A DNA stretch of 64,000 nt from Candidatus Wolframiiraptor gerlachensis (GTDB lineage: Archaea > Thermoproteota > Nitrososphaeria_A > Caldarchaeales > Wolframiiraptoraceae): positions 85,571 to 149,570 of the forward strand of contig JAJPCT020000016.1 in assembly GCA_021323375.2 (NCBI GenBank), read 5' to 3'. Below the pieces are notes generated by a model, which did not search any database, had not been told where the DNA came from, and saw nothing but the letters and a program-made list of their open reading frames with translations. Position numbers and translations under genes: made by a program. This document shows, in pieces, positions 28,406 to 38,711 of the stretch (its first letter is position 1; every line of letters begins with the position of its first letter).

Positions 28406-29176
28406 ATGGGCCAGCAAGAGGAGCTCGTCCGCGCTCTGAGAAAAGATTGGGCTAAGCGAGTGTGAGGCGAGAGCCTATATTGCCTCTCGCTTGAGCTTGG
28501 CGAGGCGGATGCAGGTGAGATCTCGAGGAGGTCTGGCGTCCCGAGAACTAGGATATATGATGTCCTTGGTAGGCTTGAGGCGGCAGGGATAATTCAGAGA
28601 GTTCTCGGTTCTAGGCCGGCCATCTACTCCGCGATACCGCCTGATAAGGCACTGGAGCCGCTGCGAAGGAAGCTATTCGACGAGGTCTTAGAGGCGATTG
28701 ATAGGCTGAAGCTCATGTATGCCTCGACAAAGACGATCTCAAGATTCAACATGATCCTGCTTAGGGGCGATAGGGCTTACAGGGCAATAATGGATCTTGT
28801 TGAGAGGGCGAGGAGGGATCTTCTCGCGAGGATCTTCTACCTGCCCTCACAAGTGCTGATGGAGCTTGTGGAGAGGCTTAGGGGGCTTAAGCAGCGGAAC
28901 ATCCAGACATACTTCTATGTCGATGCGCGTGTCCTGAGGAGGGAGGTTCCGCTAGATCAACTGGAGGAGATGTTGAAGGAGCTTAGAGGCAGCACCTTCA
29001 CGGCCCTTGTCCCCCTCAGCTTCATATGCGCTGACTTCGAGAGGTTGCTGGTTCTATATGCCTCGCCGGAGAACCCGAGCGAGTGCTACGGCTTCCTAGT
29101 CCATGGATTTGAGGAGGTTGGGAAGATTATCAGGGATCAGCTTGTCGGCGAGCGGGCCTCGTTGGAGAGCAGCTAG
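28406..29176 (+). pseudogene. TrmB-family regulator, frameshifted in the N-terminal HTH region
   Basis: MGQQEELVRALRK / IGLSECEARAYIA / LELGEADAGEISRRSGVPRTRIYDVL split across frames. Confidence 0.75.
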
Positions 29177-29187
29177 CGCGCGTCGGC

Positions 29188-30687
29188 CTATTGCATGCTC
29201 CTCCTGGCCAAGAGCTTGTTAATCGCGTTTATCATGGCCTCGACGCTGGCCATTACTATATCCTCCCTCGCGCCCCTCGCGGAGACGAGGTTCCCAGTCT
29301 CATCCTCAACCTTGACAATTACTTCGGCGATGGCATCCGATCCACCCGTAACCGCCTCGATCCTAAACTCCCGAAGGCTTATCCTAGCGAGGTTCTGAAT
29401 CACCCTCTGAATAGCCTTTAGCGACGCGTCGACAGGACCCACCCCAGTCTCCGCCGAGACATACTCCTTTCCGAGCACATTTAGCTTGACGGAGGATGTT
29501 GGTATGACGCCGGTCCCGGTGACGACGACGAGCTCCTCGAGGTTCACTGCCTTCATCCCCTCGATAGGCGCCTCTATCACGGATCTAGCTATCGCGAGTA
29601 CATCGGTATCCGTCACGGTCTTGCCCTTATCACCCAGCTCCTTAACCCTCCTGACTATCTCGTTGAGCTGGCTCTCCGTTGGCCTTAGCCCGACCTCCTC
29701 GAGTATAGTCTTTATCCCATGCTTGCCCGCGTGCTTGCCCGCCACTATCTTCCTCACCCTGCCGACGAGCTCGGGGCTGAATGGCTCGAAGGCGCATGGA
29801 TCCACAACAACGCCCCTAACATGTATCCCTGACTCATGCGCGAACGCGTTATCACCAACTATCGGCTTATGGGGCTGAAGTTGAACTCCCGTTAGCCTTC
29901 TAACGAGCTGGGATGTCGCGTATATCTGCCTCGTATCTATATTCGTCTTCTTCCCGTATAGCAGGGTGAGGGCCATGACGACCTCCTCGAGAGCAGCATT
30001 CCCAGCCCTCTCCCCTATACCGTTCACCGTCACATGTGCTTGGATCGCTCCAGCCTCTATGCCGGCCAGCGTGTTTGCGACCGCGAGCCCGAAATCATTA
30101 TGACAGTGAACGCTTATCGGGATCTTTACAACCTTTCTCAGCTCCATGATTAGGTCATACATGCGCCTAGGTGTCATGATGCCAACAGTATCCGGCACGT
30201 TGATCCTGTCTGCTCCAGCCTCCTCAGCGACCCGGCAGACCTGCTTCAAGAACCCTAGATCGGTCCTCGTGGCATCCATTGGGGAGAACTCACATATGAA
30301 GCCATGATCCTTAACATATGTTATGTATCTCGTGATCCTCTCTAGCGCCTCCTCCCTACTCATGCCAAGAACGCTCTTCAAGTGTATGTCGCTGGTCGAG
30401 TAGAAGACGTGGATGGAGTCCGGCTCGACGCTGATCGCCGCGTCCACATCCCCCTGATCAGCTCTTGCGAGAGCACATATCTCGGCCTTGAGACCAGCCT
30501 CCTTAATCAGCTTGAAAGCCCTCCTCTCGCCCTCCGAAGCGACCGGGAACCCGGCCTCAATCACATCAACACCAAGCTTGTCCAGCTGTATCGCTATCTC
30601 CAGCTTCTGCTCCGGCGTCAAGCTTACTCCCGGAGCCTGCTCACCATCCCTCAAAGTCGTATCAAATATACGGATAATCTCGCTCAA
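29188..30687 (-). CDS. leuA: 2-isopropylmalate/citramalate synthase family (LeuA/CimA)
   Basis: DTTLRDGEQ, HCHNDFG, GERAGNA, HESGIH, GPVDA; likely TTG start at 30687 below a TTAATA box. Confidence 0.88.
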   Translation of the reverse strand: MSEIIRIFDTTLRDGEQAPGVSLTPEQKLEIAIQLDKLGVDVIEAGFPVASEGERRAFKLIKEAGLKAEICALARADQGDVDAAISVEPDSIHVFYSTSDIHLKSVLGMSREEALERITRYITYVKDHGFICEFSPMDATRTDLGFLKQVCRVAEEAGADRINVPDTVGIMTPRRMYDLIMELRKVVKIPISVHCHNDFGLAVANTLAGIEAGAIQAHVTVNGIGERAGNAALEEVVMALTLLYGKKTNIDTRQIYATSQLVRRLTGVQLQPHKPIVGDNAFAHESGIHVRGVVVDPCAFEPFSPELVGRVRKIVAGKHAGKHGIKTILEEVGLRPTESQLNEIVRRVKELGDKGKTVTDTDVLAIARSVIEAPIEGMKAVNLEELVVVTGTGVIPTSSVKLNVLGKEYVSAETGVGPVDASLKAIQRVIQNLARISLREFRIEAVTGGSDAIAEVIVKVEDETGNLVSARGAREDIVMASVEAMINAINKLLARRSMQ

Positions 30688-30783
30688 CTCTGGAGACCGC
30701 CGAGGGCGGGGACTATTAAGCCTTTTTGATCGGAATTGTAAAAACTTATTACCCATCATGAGAGCTTCCACCCCAATATTCCG

Positions 30784-31700
30784 CTAGAATCCTCAGGACA
30801 TTTATGCTCTCAAGTCTACCCCAGAATCGTTTTTCTACACTCCTCACATATTATCTGGATAATCTTCCCATTCACAATGACTGCTAACCCCTAGTCCTTT
30901 CTCCTAACTCCTTCCTCGTAAGGGTTATGATGCTTCTACATAGATTGCATACCGCCTCATGCTTCTCAATATAATTGAACCTTCCTGATTCTATCCCACC
31001 ATGTAAACCCCATCTAGAAATTAGGTCTCCACAGATTTGTTTGGTAGGGAGCCGGAATTCCGCCTCCACAAACTCTCACAAAACGGAATTCGGGGAGGTA
31101 GGGAGGCTGAAAAAGTCTTAACTCCCGGGTTGAGAAGTCTGATGAGAGTTTGAGAATCCTCGATTATGGCCGCAAGATAATCGAGGAGGTTATGAGTGAT
31201 AAGTATTATGCGGCGATATACAGGATAGCATGCGAGGAGCTTAAGCTCAAGGATAGCGTTGAAGTTGCAATATCGGTGGTAAGGTTACCATTAAACTGGA
31301 AGCTTAGCAGGCTTAGAGGTTTGCTGGGCCTGACGCCGCACAAGGGGAAAAATATAATCACAAGTTGCGTACACATTTGACAAAACTCGCGGCATCAATC
31401 TATCTCAATAATAAACGATATGGAATCGGAACGGGGCTCCTTGAAGGCATAAACTGCATGCCGTGCAGTAAAACGCTCTATAAATTACAACAACTAAGAA
31501 TACTAAAGATATTGAAGAGGGCATGGCAGCAGAGACGACGTATGCTGGCCGGCGGGCAGTAAAAGCCGGAGAGCCGGTGGCAGTGAGACACTACCCGCCA
31601 CGGGATCATCCCGTGGTGGCTCCTCAGATAATCCCGCCGGCCGGCTACGACGGCTCGCCGGCCAGCCCCACCCCTAACCCTTTTTCCATCCCTAATATTT
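30784..31700. mobile_element. decayed second copy of the RuvC-Nop/guide-RNA element
   Basis: Zn-finger relic (IEKHEAVCNLC) on the - strand; RuvC-Nop relic (EKSDES; LPLNWKLSRLRGLLGLTPH; LRILKILKRA...AGGQ*) on the + strand; structured RNA downstream. Confidence 0.8.
31544..31690 (+). ncRNA. second dual-guide-like RNA
   Basis: Stems 31544-31557/31653-31666, 31573-31580/31634-31641 and hairpin 31595-31619; symmetric 14-nt arms 31581-31594 and 31620-31633. Confidence 0.7.
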
Positions 31701-31751
31701 CATGAAAAGCTTTCTAAATAACATCTCCAAATATAGAAGGGTTGGGTTGAC

Positions 31752-33137
31752 TTGATCCAGAAAATTTGTCTTCATTATCTGAGAGAGGATGTTGCGAGGG
31801 AGATCTCGAGATTCTGCTCTGGTAGATGGGTTGCCTTGGAGTGTAGGTCGAGTGGCGGGGGTCGAGCTTTTTACAGGTATTGGCCTGATGATGGGCCGCT
31901 CACGATTAGGGAGCCACCTGACATAAAGAGGATTATCAACAGGTTTGGTAATAAGATGCCGAGGACTATCTATGGCTCCGCGAATATCTATCGAAGGCTT
32001 GAGCGAAGGGAGGATGTCTCCGATCCGAGTAATATCCTCATGAGCACGCCGAGCTGGGATGTTGATGGATCATTGGAGGAGGTTGAGCTAATCAAGGAGG
32101 CTGCAAGGATACTTGTTGACGCTCTTAGGAGTGAGGGCGTCGAGAAGTCGGTATATCTCATCTGGTCCGGCCGCGGGATACATGTCCACCTGAATGAGAA
32201 GGCGATAAGTGGTGAGATTTGGGGGAGGGGGCCTCTAAGAGTCTCATTCGCGATAGCCGAGTATATTCTTGGGCGCGTGAAGGATGAGCTTGAGGCTGTA
32301 TGCGAAAGGTCGAGGTCGCCTGATAGGAGGCTCAAGATCGAGAATCTCATGGATATTCAGAGGGTCTTTACGGCGCCTCTAAGCATTCATCGAGAGCTCG
32401 ATCTCGTCGCAGTCACGATCAAGCCGGATGATCTCGAGAAATTTGGGATAGAGTGGGCTAAGATTGATGGTTATAAGCACTGGAGTGGGTGGGATGAGTA
32501 TGAGCCGGGCGAGGCTGATGATCTTGCGTTAAGGGCTCTCGCGGAGATCAGGGGAGACCTTAGGATGACGATAGGTGGGGAGGGGAAGGGGGGAGTAGAG
32601 GAGGTCAAGGACGTTCAGCAGGTTGCTCGGGCTGGCCAGATTGGCAGGTTTCAGGTCATGGGCCTCCTCCAAGCCGCGAGGTATTATGTGCTGAAGGGCG
32701 ATCTCGAGCTCGCCAAGTCCTTCGGCCTCAATAGGGCGATATTCTATGCTTGGGCTAAGAAGCGCGGCGTAACCGTGAGGAGGGCTGGAAGGGGCTTAAG
32801 ATCCATCCAGCCATCCGAGAGGGAGGAGATTGAGGAGAGGGTTGGTGATGAGGTCGCCTATCGGTCTCCACGTGGATACTTCATGATAGGTGGGCAGATT
32901 CAGAGACCCGTGGACTTCGACCGCATGATAGCCGCGAGGTTTGGGCGGAGCTTCGAGAAATTCTGGAACGCGGCCATAGAGTATGTTAAGAGCTTCCCGG
33001 AGAGCGTCCTCAAGAGCCAGCGAGAGTTCTATGAGAAGGTCTATCTGCCGGTGAGGGATCAGCCTGAGAAGATCCTAGAGCGGAGGGAGCGTGGCCAAGA
33101 GGCCTCAAGCCTTGATCAATCCCACGACATGTCATAG
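31752..33137 (+). CDS. archaeo-eukaryotic primase (AEP) superfamily protein with an unassigned C-terminal domain
   Basis: WDVD, WSGRGIHVH, MDIQRVFTAPLSIH; C-terminal GRFQVMGLLQAARY...SFGLNRAIFYAWAK domain. Confidence 0.75.
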   Translation: MIQKICLHYLREDVAREISRFCSGRWVALECRSSGGGRAFYRYWPDDGPLTIREPPDIKRIINRFGNKMPRTIYGSANIYRRLERREDVSDPSNILMSTPSWDVDGSLEEVELIKEAARILVDALRSEGVEKSVYLIWSGRGIHVHLNEKAISGEIWGRGPLRVSFAIAEYILGRVKDELEAVCERSRSPDRRLKIENLMDIQRVFTAPLSIHRELDLVAVTIKPDDLEKFGIEWAKIDGYKHWSGWDEYEPGEADDLALRALAEIRGDLRMTIGGEGKGGVEEVKDVQQVARAGQIGRFQVMGLLQAARYYVLKGDLELAKSFGLNRAIFYAWAKKRGVTVRRAGRGLRSIQPSEREEIEERVGDEVAYRSPRGYFMIGGQIQRPVDFDRMIAARFGRSFEKFWNAAIEYVKSFPESVLKSQREFYEKVYLPVRDQPEKILERRERGQEASSLDQSHDMS

Positions 33138-33210
33138 CCTCGGGCCATGCATGCGGGGCTCGCCTTTAATAGAGGGGCCGGAGCTGGCTCGAGCCGGGAG
33201 GCTGGCGTGG

Positions 33211-34284
33211 ATGCAACATGATGACCTAGCCGACAAGCTCATCGAGATCTTCGGGGTCAGGGTTGATCTCACGGAGGATGTCGATGTTGAGGGGCTGTCT
33301 CCGGGGAGCAGGGTTTACAGGGTTAAGGGCTTCCCGAGTAACTGCGAGGTCTATATACTTGACTGCGAGGCTGGGAGGGAGATAGCATGCCATCCACATA
33401 TAGTTGGTGAGAGGCTGGCCGAGCTAGCCCTCCTCTGCGCGAGGGATGCTGCTAAGGCGATTATCGAGTTAACCAGCATCAACGAATATGGTAAGGAGGC
33501 TATTGTCTTTGAGCACGTCTTGAGGGCGGCGCCCGGCTACAGGCTTCACGAGGCGCTTAGAGAGTCTGGTATCGGATTCAGGGAGGTCTGGATAAGGCCG
33601 CGCTATGTGATCCCATCATATCGGGCTCATCATGCCGCGGATGAGAGGAGGATAGAGATAATCTATGAGGATTTCTCGGAGCTTCCAAGGAGAGAGCTAT
33701 TGATGATCCTAAAGCCTGATACTGAGGCAAGCGGCAGAACTGGGAAGGCGTCGCTGGAGAGATTGGCCGAGGTCGCCGAGGAGAAGAACTCCGCGCTCGA
33801 GGAGCTCATAGTCTATGGATTCATCTCGATCGACGGGCTCAAGACAATATATGAGACTGCATCGAGCATCGGGTTCAGGAGGACATACTTCTTCGCGATC
33901 GGTAACCTGACAGCCCTCTGCCACAACCTCTATGACATGCCATTATATGGCCCTGATGAGAGCTATTACTCGGAGAAGAGGGAGCTAAGGCTGCTCGGCG
34001 GGATAACAGATTATGAGACATTCACCCGGTATATGCCCGAGTATATTCCTGGAGCTGATCAGCCTGGAGACTGGTCGGCAAGGCAGACAATCCTCTACAC
34101 AGGATATGATTATGAGCCTGGCGACATAGAGAAGCACTTAACCAATAGCATCAACCTCATCGAGAGGCTCTGGAGTATCTCAAGGAACCAAGAATGGTTT
34201 TCTGGGATTCATGAGGAGGCGATAAGGAGGGAGCTCGAGAACCTGAGAAGCATGCTCGCCAGCTACCGGGAACAGAAAAAATAG
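33211..34284 (+). CDS. hypothetical protein with a divergent phosphoribosyltransferase (UPRT-like) fold
   Basis: VLRAA and LKPDTEASGRT resemble the UPRT ILRAG and DPMLATGGS motifs. Confidence 0.55.
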   Translation: MQHDDLADKLIEIFGVRVDLTEDVDVEGLSPGSRVYRVKGFPSNCEVYILDCEAGREIACHPHIVGERLAELALLCARDAAKAIIELTSINEYGKEAIVFEHVLRAAPGYRLHEALRESGIGFREVWIRPRYVIPSYRAHHAADERRIEIIYEDFSELPRRELLMILKPDTEASGRTGKASLERLAEVAEEKNSALEELIVYGFISIDGLKTIYETASSIGFRRTYFFAIGNLTALCHNLYDMPLYGPDESYYSEKRELRLLGGITDYETFTRYMPEYIPGADQPGDWSARQTILYTGYDYEPGDIEKHLTNSINLIERLWSISRNQEWFSGIHEEAIRRELENLRSMLASYREQKK

Positions 34285-34299
34285 ATGTGGGTGCGCGGC

Positions 34300-34482
34300 C
34301 TATCCCATTATCGGGGCCGCTGAGGCCTCCTTAAGCTCCGCGCCCCCGCCACCTATCTTGAAGATCCGCCCCGAGGAGAGCTTTACTAGAACCGCTCCAC
34401 ACTCGAGGCACTTGAAGTAATAATTGTAACCCTCATAAGCCTTCTGAGCACCAAGATAAATGAGACGAGTATGATTACACAT
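34300..34482 (-). CDS. small zinc-ribbon protein
   Basis: CNH...FKCLECG; upstream TATA (GCATATAAC). Confidence 0.6.
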   Translation of the reverse strand: MCNHTRLIYLGAQKAYEGYNYYFKCLECGAVLVKLSSGRIFKIGGGGAELKEASAAPIMG

Positions 34483-34597
34483 CCCAATACATAGTATGCG
34501 AAGTCTAAGTTATATGCCTTGTGAGCACATATTCGTAAAAGTGACGGGCTGAAAAAGCTCCAAGGAGGAGGTAGATCTTATATCTCCCGCGGGCGAG

Positions 34598-35536
34598 TTG
34601 TTTCACGATTTGAAAGTTCTAGTGACTGGTGTTGCCGGATTCATAGGCTCTCATCTCTGTCGAAGGCTTCTCGATCTCGGGATAGAGGTTCATGGATTGG
34701 ATAATTTGAGCAGGGGGTTTGCTGAGAGAGTTAAAGATCTCGAGGATGCCGGCATGGTTTTATATAGGGCTGATGTCAGGAATTGGGCCATAGTGCATGA
34801 AATACTGCATCGCGTCAAGCCCGATGGCATCATGCATCTAGCCGCGCTAATCAGCGTTGAGGAGAGCATCAGGATGCCGGGGCTATACATGGAGGTTAAC
34901 GCCGAGGGTACTAGAAATCTCGTGAGGGCCGCGAGTAGGGCCGGCGTGAGGAAATTCATCTATGCGAGCAGCGCAGCGGTCTATGGCAATCCCGTCAAGC
35001 TCCCAATAACCGAGGATCATCCAACAAGCCCCCTCTCACCCTATGGCCTCTCAAAGCTGAAGGGGGAACGATATGTAGCATCTGAGTTCATAGGAGAGGA
35101 GAAGCCCGTGATACTTAGGATCTTCAACGTCTATGGACCTGGTCAAAATCCAGAGTACGCTGGCGTCATAACGAGGTTCATAGAGAGGCTGAGCAGAGGC
35201 GAGCCGCCGATAATATTCGGCGATGGATGCCAGACGAGAGACTTTATCCATGTTGATGATGTAGTTGAGGCATTCATAAGATCGCTCGACGTGTCTATCG
35301 ATGAGGTGCTCGTGGCTAATATCGGGTCTGGCAGGCCAGTCAAGATCATCGAGCTAGCCCGCATGATGATCAGGCTATATGGCCTGGATCTTGAGCCGGT
35401 TCACGCGCCGCCGAGGCCGGGCGATATAAGAGATAGTTACGCCGACATATCTAGGGCTAGGAGGATTCTTGGCTGGAGCCCGAGGATAGGTCTTGAGGAA
35501 GGGCTGCAGAGAATCATCCATGGAGAAGACCTATAA
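34598..35536 (+). CDS. NAD-dependent epimerase/dehydratase (GalE-like)
   Basis: TGVAGFIGSH, SSAAVYG, YGLSK, RIFNVYGP, TRDFIHV. Confidence 0.93.
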   Translation: MFHDLKVLVTGVAGFIGSHLCRRLLDLGIEVHGLDNLSRGFAERVKDLEDAGMVLYRADVRNWAIVHEILHRVKPDGIMHLAALISVEESIRMPGLYMEVNAEGTRNLVRAASRAGVRKFIYASSAAVYGNPVKLPITEDHPTSPLSPYGLSKLKGERYVASEFIGEEKPVILRIFNVYGPGQNPEYAGVITRFIERLSRGEPPIIFGDGCQTRDFIHVDDVVEAFIRSLDVSIDEVLVANIGSGRPVKIIELARMMIRLYGLDLEPVHAPPRPGDIRDSYADISRARRILGWSPRIGLEEGLQRIIHGEDL

Positions 35537-35566
35537 TTAGTGATCTTGCTTACCATGCGCTAGGCT

Positions 35567-36139
35567 ATGAGGATTGGTGTTGGCTCGATGAACGAGGTTA
35601 AGATTGAGGCTGTGAAGATATGTTTTGAAAGGTTCTTTGGAGGCGCGGATATAGTTCCAGTCTCGGTTGAAGTTCCCCCTCAGCCCATCGGCTTCGCGGA
35701 GACTCTTAGGGGGGCGGTACTCAGGGCGCTGAAGGCCCTAGAGGGGGCGGATGCGGATCTTGGGATCGGCATAGAGGCCGGGCTTATTAGGATCCCGCAT
35801 ACCATAACTGGATACGCTGACCAGCATATATGCGCAATAATAGATGCTGATGAGAGGGTTACGCTGGGCTTCAGCATGATGCTCGAGTTCCCCGAGATTG
35901 TTGTGAGGAGGATATTGAGTGGGCAGGCGAGGGAGGCTGAGGAGGTGATGGAGGAGATCTCGGGGATAAGGGAGATCGGGCGCAAGGGTGGGGCGGTCGG
36001 ATACCTGACAAGAGATCATGTAAGGAGGATAGATCTATGCATACAGGCCATTACATCGGCGCTCATCCCGAGGCTGAACCCACAGCTTTACAACATCAGC
36101 TGGCCGAGAGCCGGCGACATCCTAGGCAAGATGCCCTAA
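35567..36139 (+). CDS. inosine/xanthosine triphosphatase (YjjX family)
   Basis: VGS.N.VK..AV, QP.G..ET..GA..RA, GIGIEAG, GAVGYLT. Confidence 0.88.
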   Translation: MRIGVGSMNEVKIEAVKICFERFFGGADIVPVSVEVPPQPIGFAETLRGAVLRALKALEGADADLGIGIEAGLIRIPHTITGYADQHICAIIDADERVTLGFSMMLEFPEIVVRRILSGQAREAEEVMEEISGIREIGRKGGAVGYLTRDHVRRIDLCIQAITSALIPRLNPQLYNISWPRAGDILGKMP

Positions 36140-36249
36140 CCGCATCCCTCCCCGAGATATGTTGGAGGAGCTTGGAATAGGATCATGGATATAAACATTT
36201 GATCATAAGTATAATTTTTGGTTATTGGCAGCGGCTGCTAGGAGCTGGA

Positions 36250-36684
36250 ATGAAGAGGATAATCGTCATGTCGATTAAGCCGAAGTTCGGCTATAGGATT
36301 CTTAAGGGTAGGAAGAAATTTGAGCTCAGGAAGCATTGTAATCAGGATAGGATTCGGACTGGCGATATGATCTTCCTCTACTTCTCCTATCCTGTGAGGG
36401 CTATTCTCTGCATGTTTAGGGCTGGCAGGGTTTATGAGGGAACTAGGGATGAGCTTAGGAGCATCGCCGAGAAGTTCAGGAATAATGGCCTCGGCGATGA
36501 GGACTGGACATATCTTGATGCTAAGAAGCCTGGGATGATGATAGAGGTTAGGAGCCCGGTCCGCATCCGGAGGATAACCCTTGAGAGGCTTAGGGAGGGC
36601 TTCGGCTTCGAGCCTCCGGTGAGCTATAGGATCCTCAAGCCTGATGAGCCCCTCTACAAGTATCTCGCAAGGCGCATCCATTAA
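36250..36684 (+). CDS. ASCH/PUA-like domain protein
   Basis: MSIKPKF..RIL.G.K.FELRK, Y.SYPV.AI, PPVSY. Confidence 0.85.
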   Translation: MKRIIVMSIKPKFGYRILKGRKKFELRKHCNQDRIRTGDMIFLYFSYPVRAILCMFRAGRVYEGTRDELRSIAEKFRNNGLGDEDWTYLDAKKPGMMIEVRSPVRIRRITLERLREGFGFEPPVSYRILKPDEPLYKYLARRIH

Positions 36685-36718
36685 CTCTTATCTATTAGCT
36701 TCTCCAAGCACTTATTCA

Positions 36719-38626
36719 ATGAGCCTTAAGGCTCATGTAAAGGAGGTTTTCATCGACGAGTATGCGTATAGGTGGCGGGGGCATCTTGTCATCGAGAATT
36801 TCACGCTCCTTCTCCCGGGCTTTATTGCTCAATGGTTTAAGCCCGGTGATGTTGTTGAGCTTGAGCTGCTTAGCGAGCCTCATAGGCTTAATGGCGTGAA
36901 TTTGCTGACTCCACAGGATTTCAGGCTTAGGAGGGTTTGGGAGAATGATGTTATCGAGGTCTGGCCTCTCCATAGCAGGGTTTATGAGCATAGGGGTAGG
37001 AGGGTTCTCGCGAGGGAGGCTTACCTTGAGGAGGATTATGTAGCGATAGCCGAGCTTGAGCAATATCATTACGCCTCCGAGAAGGAGCTTGTCGCTATAT
37101 GGAAGTGCCCGATATGCGGTGAGCTTGCTGAGGCGAATGCGCAGCCGAAGTGCCGCAGATGCAGCGCGGCCATGAAGATCCAAGAGATTAAGGGAAGCAT
37201 ACCGCCATCCAGGTTCCTCGTCCTCGAGCTCTTGGACGCGAAGCCCTATGAACCAAGAATCATAGGATATGTCAGGGTTGATACGCCGGTCCCATTAATG
37301 CATAGGAGGATCGAGACTGAGGGTGGTAAGGTCTTGGTCGAGAGGGAGGTTAGGGAGAAGGTCTTCCCCTTGAACTGGATTCATCCGACATTCTGGCCGA
37401 GGGCCTATAAGGACTTCGAGACCTTGATGGAGAGGTATCGGGAGCTTAGGATGCTGTATAGCCCTAGGCTCGCCAAGAAACTTGTCGCTGATGAGAGGGC
37501 CGCGATGATCGCTAACGTGGATACGGCGGCGGCGAGGATAGCTAGGGTCGTGATACACCCGGACTTCAGGGGCGATGGTATTGGTGTCCTGGCCGTGAGA
37601 GCGGTTGTTGAATGGATTCAGGAGCGTAGGATACCGGAGATGAAGAGGAGGAAGCATCTTGTTGAGGCGATAGCTCAGATGGCTAGGTACAATCCATTCT
37701 TCGAGCGGGCTGGCTTCATCTACCTATGGGATACGGCTGGTGGAAGACCAGTCCTCTTCTACCCATTATCAGAGGAGGCTCGGAAAAGGATTGAGGATTT
37801 CCTTTCGAGGGATAAGTATGCCTCGAGACATGGTGGTAGGCTGTATAGATCGAGGATTAGCAGGGTTCAGCCCCTCTCAGGACCAATAGTTATTCGCAGG
37901 ATCTCGAAGACCTATAGGAGTGTTCTCGATCTCTCGGCTCTAAGCCCGGCTATGAGGGACGTCCTGAAGGCCTTCGGGGTTGAGAGGAGGATAATCGAGA
38001 GGGCGATAATCAGGGATCTCGATCTCGAGATTAAGCCTGGCGAGATCGTCGCTGTTGTCGGGATCTCTGGGGCTGGCAAGACGACGCTCCTTAGAATATT
38101 GATAGGGGCATGTGCTAGGCTTGAGGAGGAGAGGTATAGGCCTAGTGAGGGCGAGGTGAGGGTGCCCGATAATGTTAGGCTCTCATGTATGCTTCCGGGG
38201 GAGATTGAGCCCATGTTCGGCGAGGAGACTATTCTCGAGCATATAGCATCTAAGGCGGGTGATGTTCAAGCGGCTCTCGAGCTTCTCAGCATAATGGGGA
38301 TAAGCGATGCTGTCCTCTATCGGGCTAGATATGGCGAGCTCTCCACAGGGCAGAAGGAGAGGGTTAAGCTAGCGAGCCTATTGGCGGAGATGCCGAACCT
38401 GCTTATCGTCGATGAATTTGCTGCACACCTTGACATGGAGACCGCTAGGAGGATAGCGAGGAGGATCACCAGGCTTGCTAGAAGCATAGGATTAACGATG
38501 ATCCTGAGCATTCATAGGGCTGAGCTCTTGGAGGAGCTTGAGCCCGACAAGATACTCCATGTCGGCTATGGCAGGGTCTACGTGGAGGATAGGGGATCAG
38601 CTCCTCCCATCGCCCCCTCCTCATAG
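36719..38626 (+). CDS. GNAT acetyltransferase-ABC ATPase fusion (COG2401-like) with zinc ribbon
   Basis: CPIC...CRRC; RIARVVIHPDFRGDGIG; MARYNPFFERAGF; GISGAGKTT; LSTGQKER; DEFAAHLD. Confidence 0.88.
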   Translation: MSLKAHVKEVFIDEYAYRWRGHLVIENFTLLLPGFIAQWFKPGDVVELELLSEPHRLNGVNLLTPQDFRLRRVWENDVIEVWPLHSRVYEHRGRRVLAREAYLEEDYVAIAELEQYHYASEKELVAIWKCPICGELAEANAQPKCRRCSAAMKIQEIKGSIPPSRFLVLELLDAKPYEPRIIGYVRVDTPVPLMHRRIETEGGKVLVEREVREKVFPLNWIHPTFWPRAYKDFETLMERYRELRMLYSPRLAKKLVADERAAMIANVDTAAARIARVVIHPDFRGDGIGVLAVRAVVEWIQERRIPEMKRRKHLVEAIAQMARYNPFFERAGFIYLWDTAGGRPVLFYPLSEEARKRIEDFLSRDKYASRHGGRLYRSRISRVQPLSGPIVIRRISKTYRSVLDLSALSPAMRDVLKAFGVERRIIERAIIRDLDLEIKPGEIVAVVGISGAGKTTLLRILIGACARLEEERYRPSEGEVRVPDNVRLSCMLPGEIEPMFGEETILEHIASKAGDVQAALELLSIMGISDAVLYRARYGELSTGQKERVKLASLLAEMPNLLIVDEFAAHLDMETARRIARRITRLARSIGLTMILSIHRAELLEELEPDKILHVGYGRVYVEDRGSAPPIAPSS

Positions 38627-38711
38627 CACATGTGCTCGGAGAAGGACGTGCTCATCATCCCCATAAGGCTGAAGAATCTCGTCGGATAAAGAAATTATGC
38701 CTCGCCCGGGC

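Noticed and set aside
30697-30709. CCGCC-GAG-GGCGG mini-hairpin upstream of leuA resembling the guide-RNA stem motif
   Set aside because: Only 5 bp in GC-rich DNA; cannot be distinguished from chance.
30688-30771. N-terminal extension or leader peptide for leuA
   Set aside because: The extension covers the TATA box and has no Leu-rich attenuator pattern; TTG at 30687 fits the family start.
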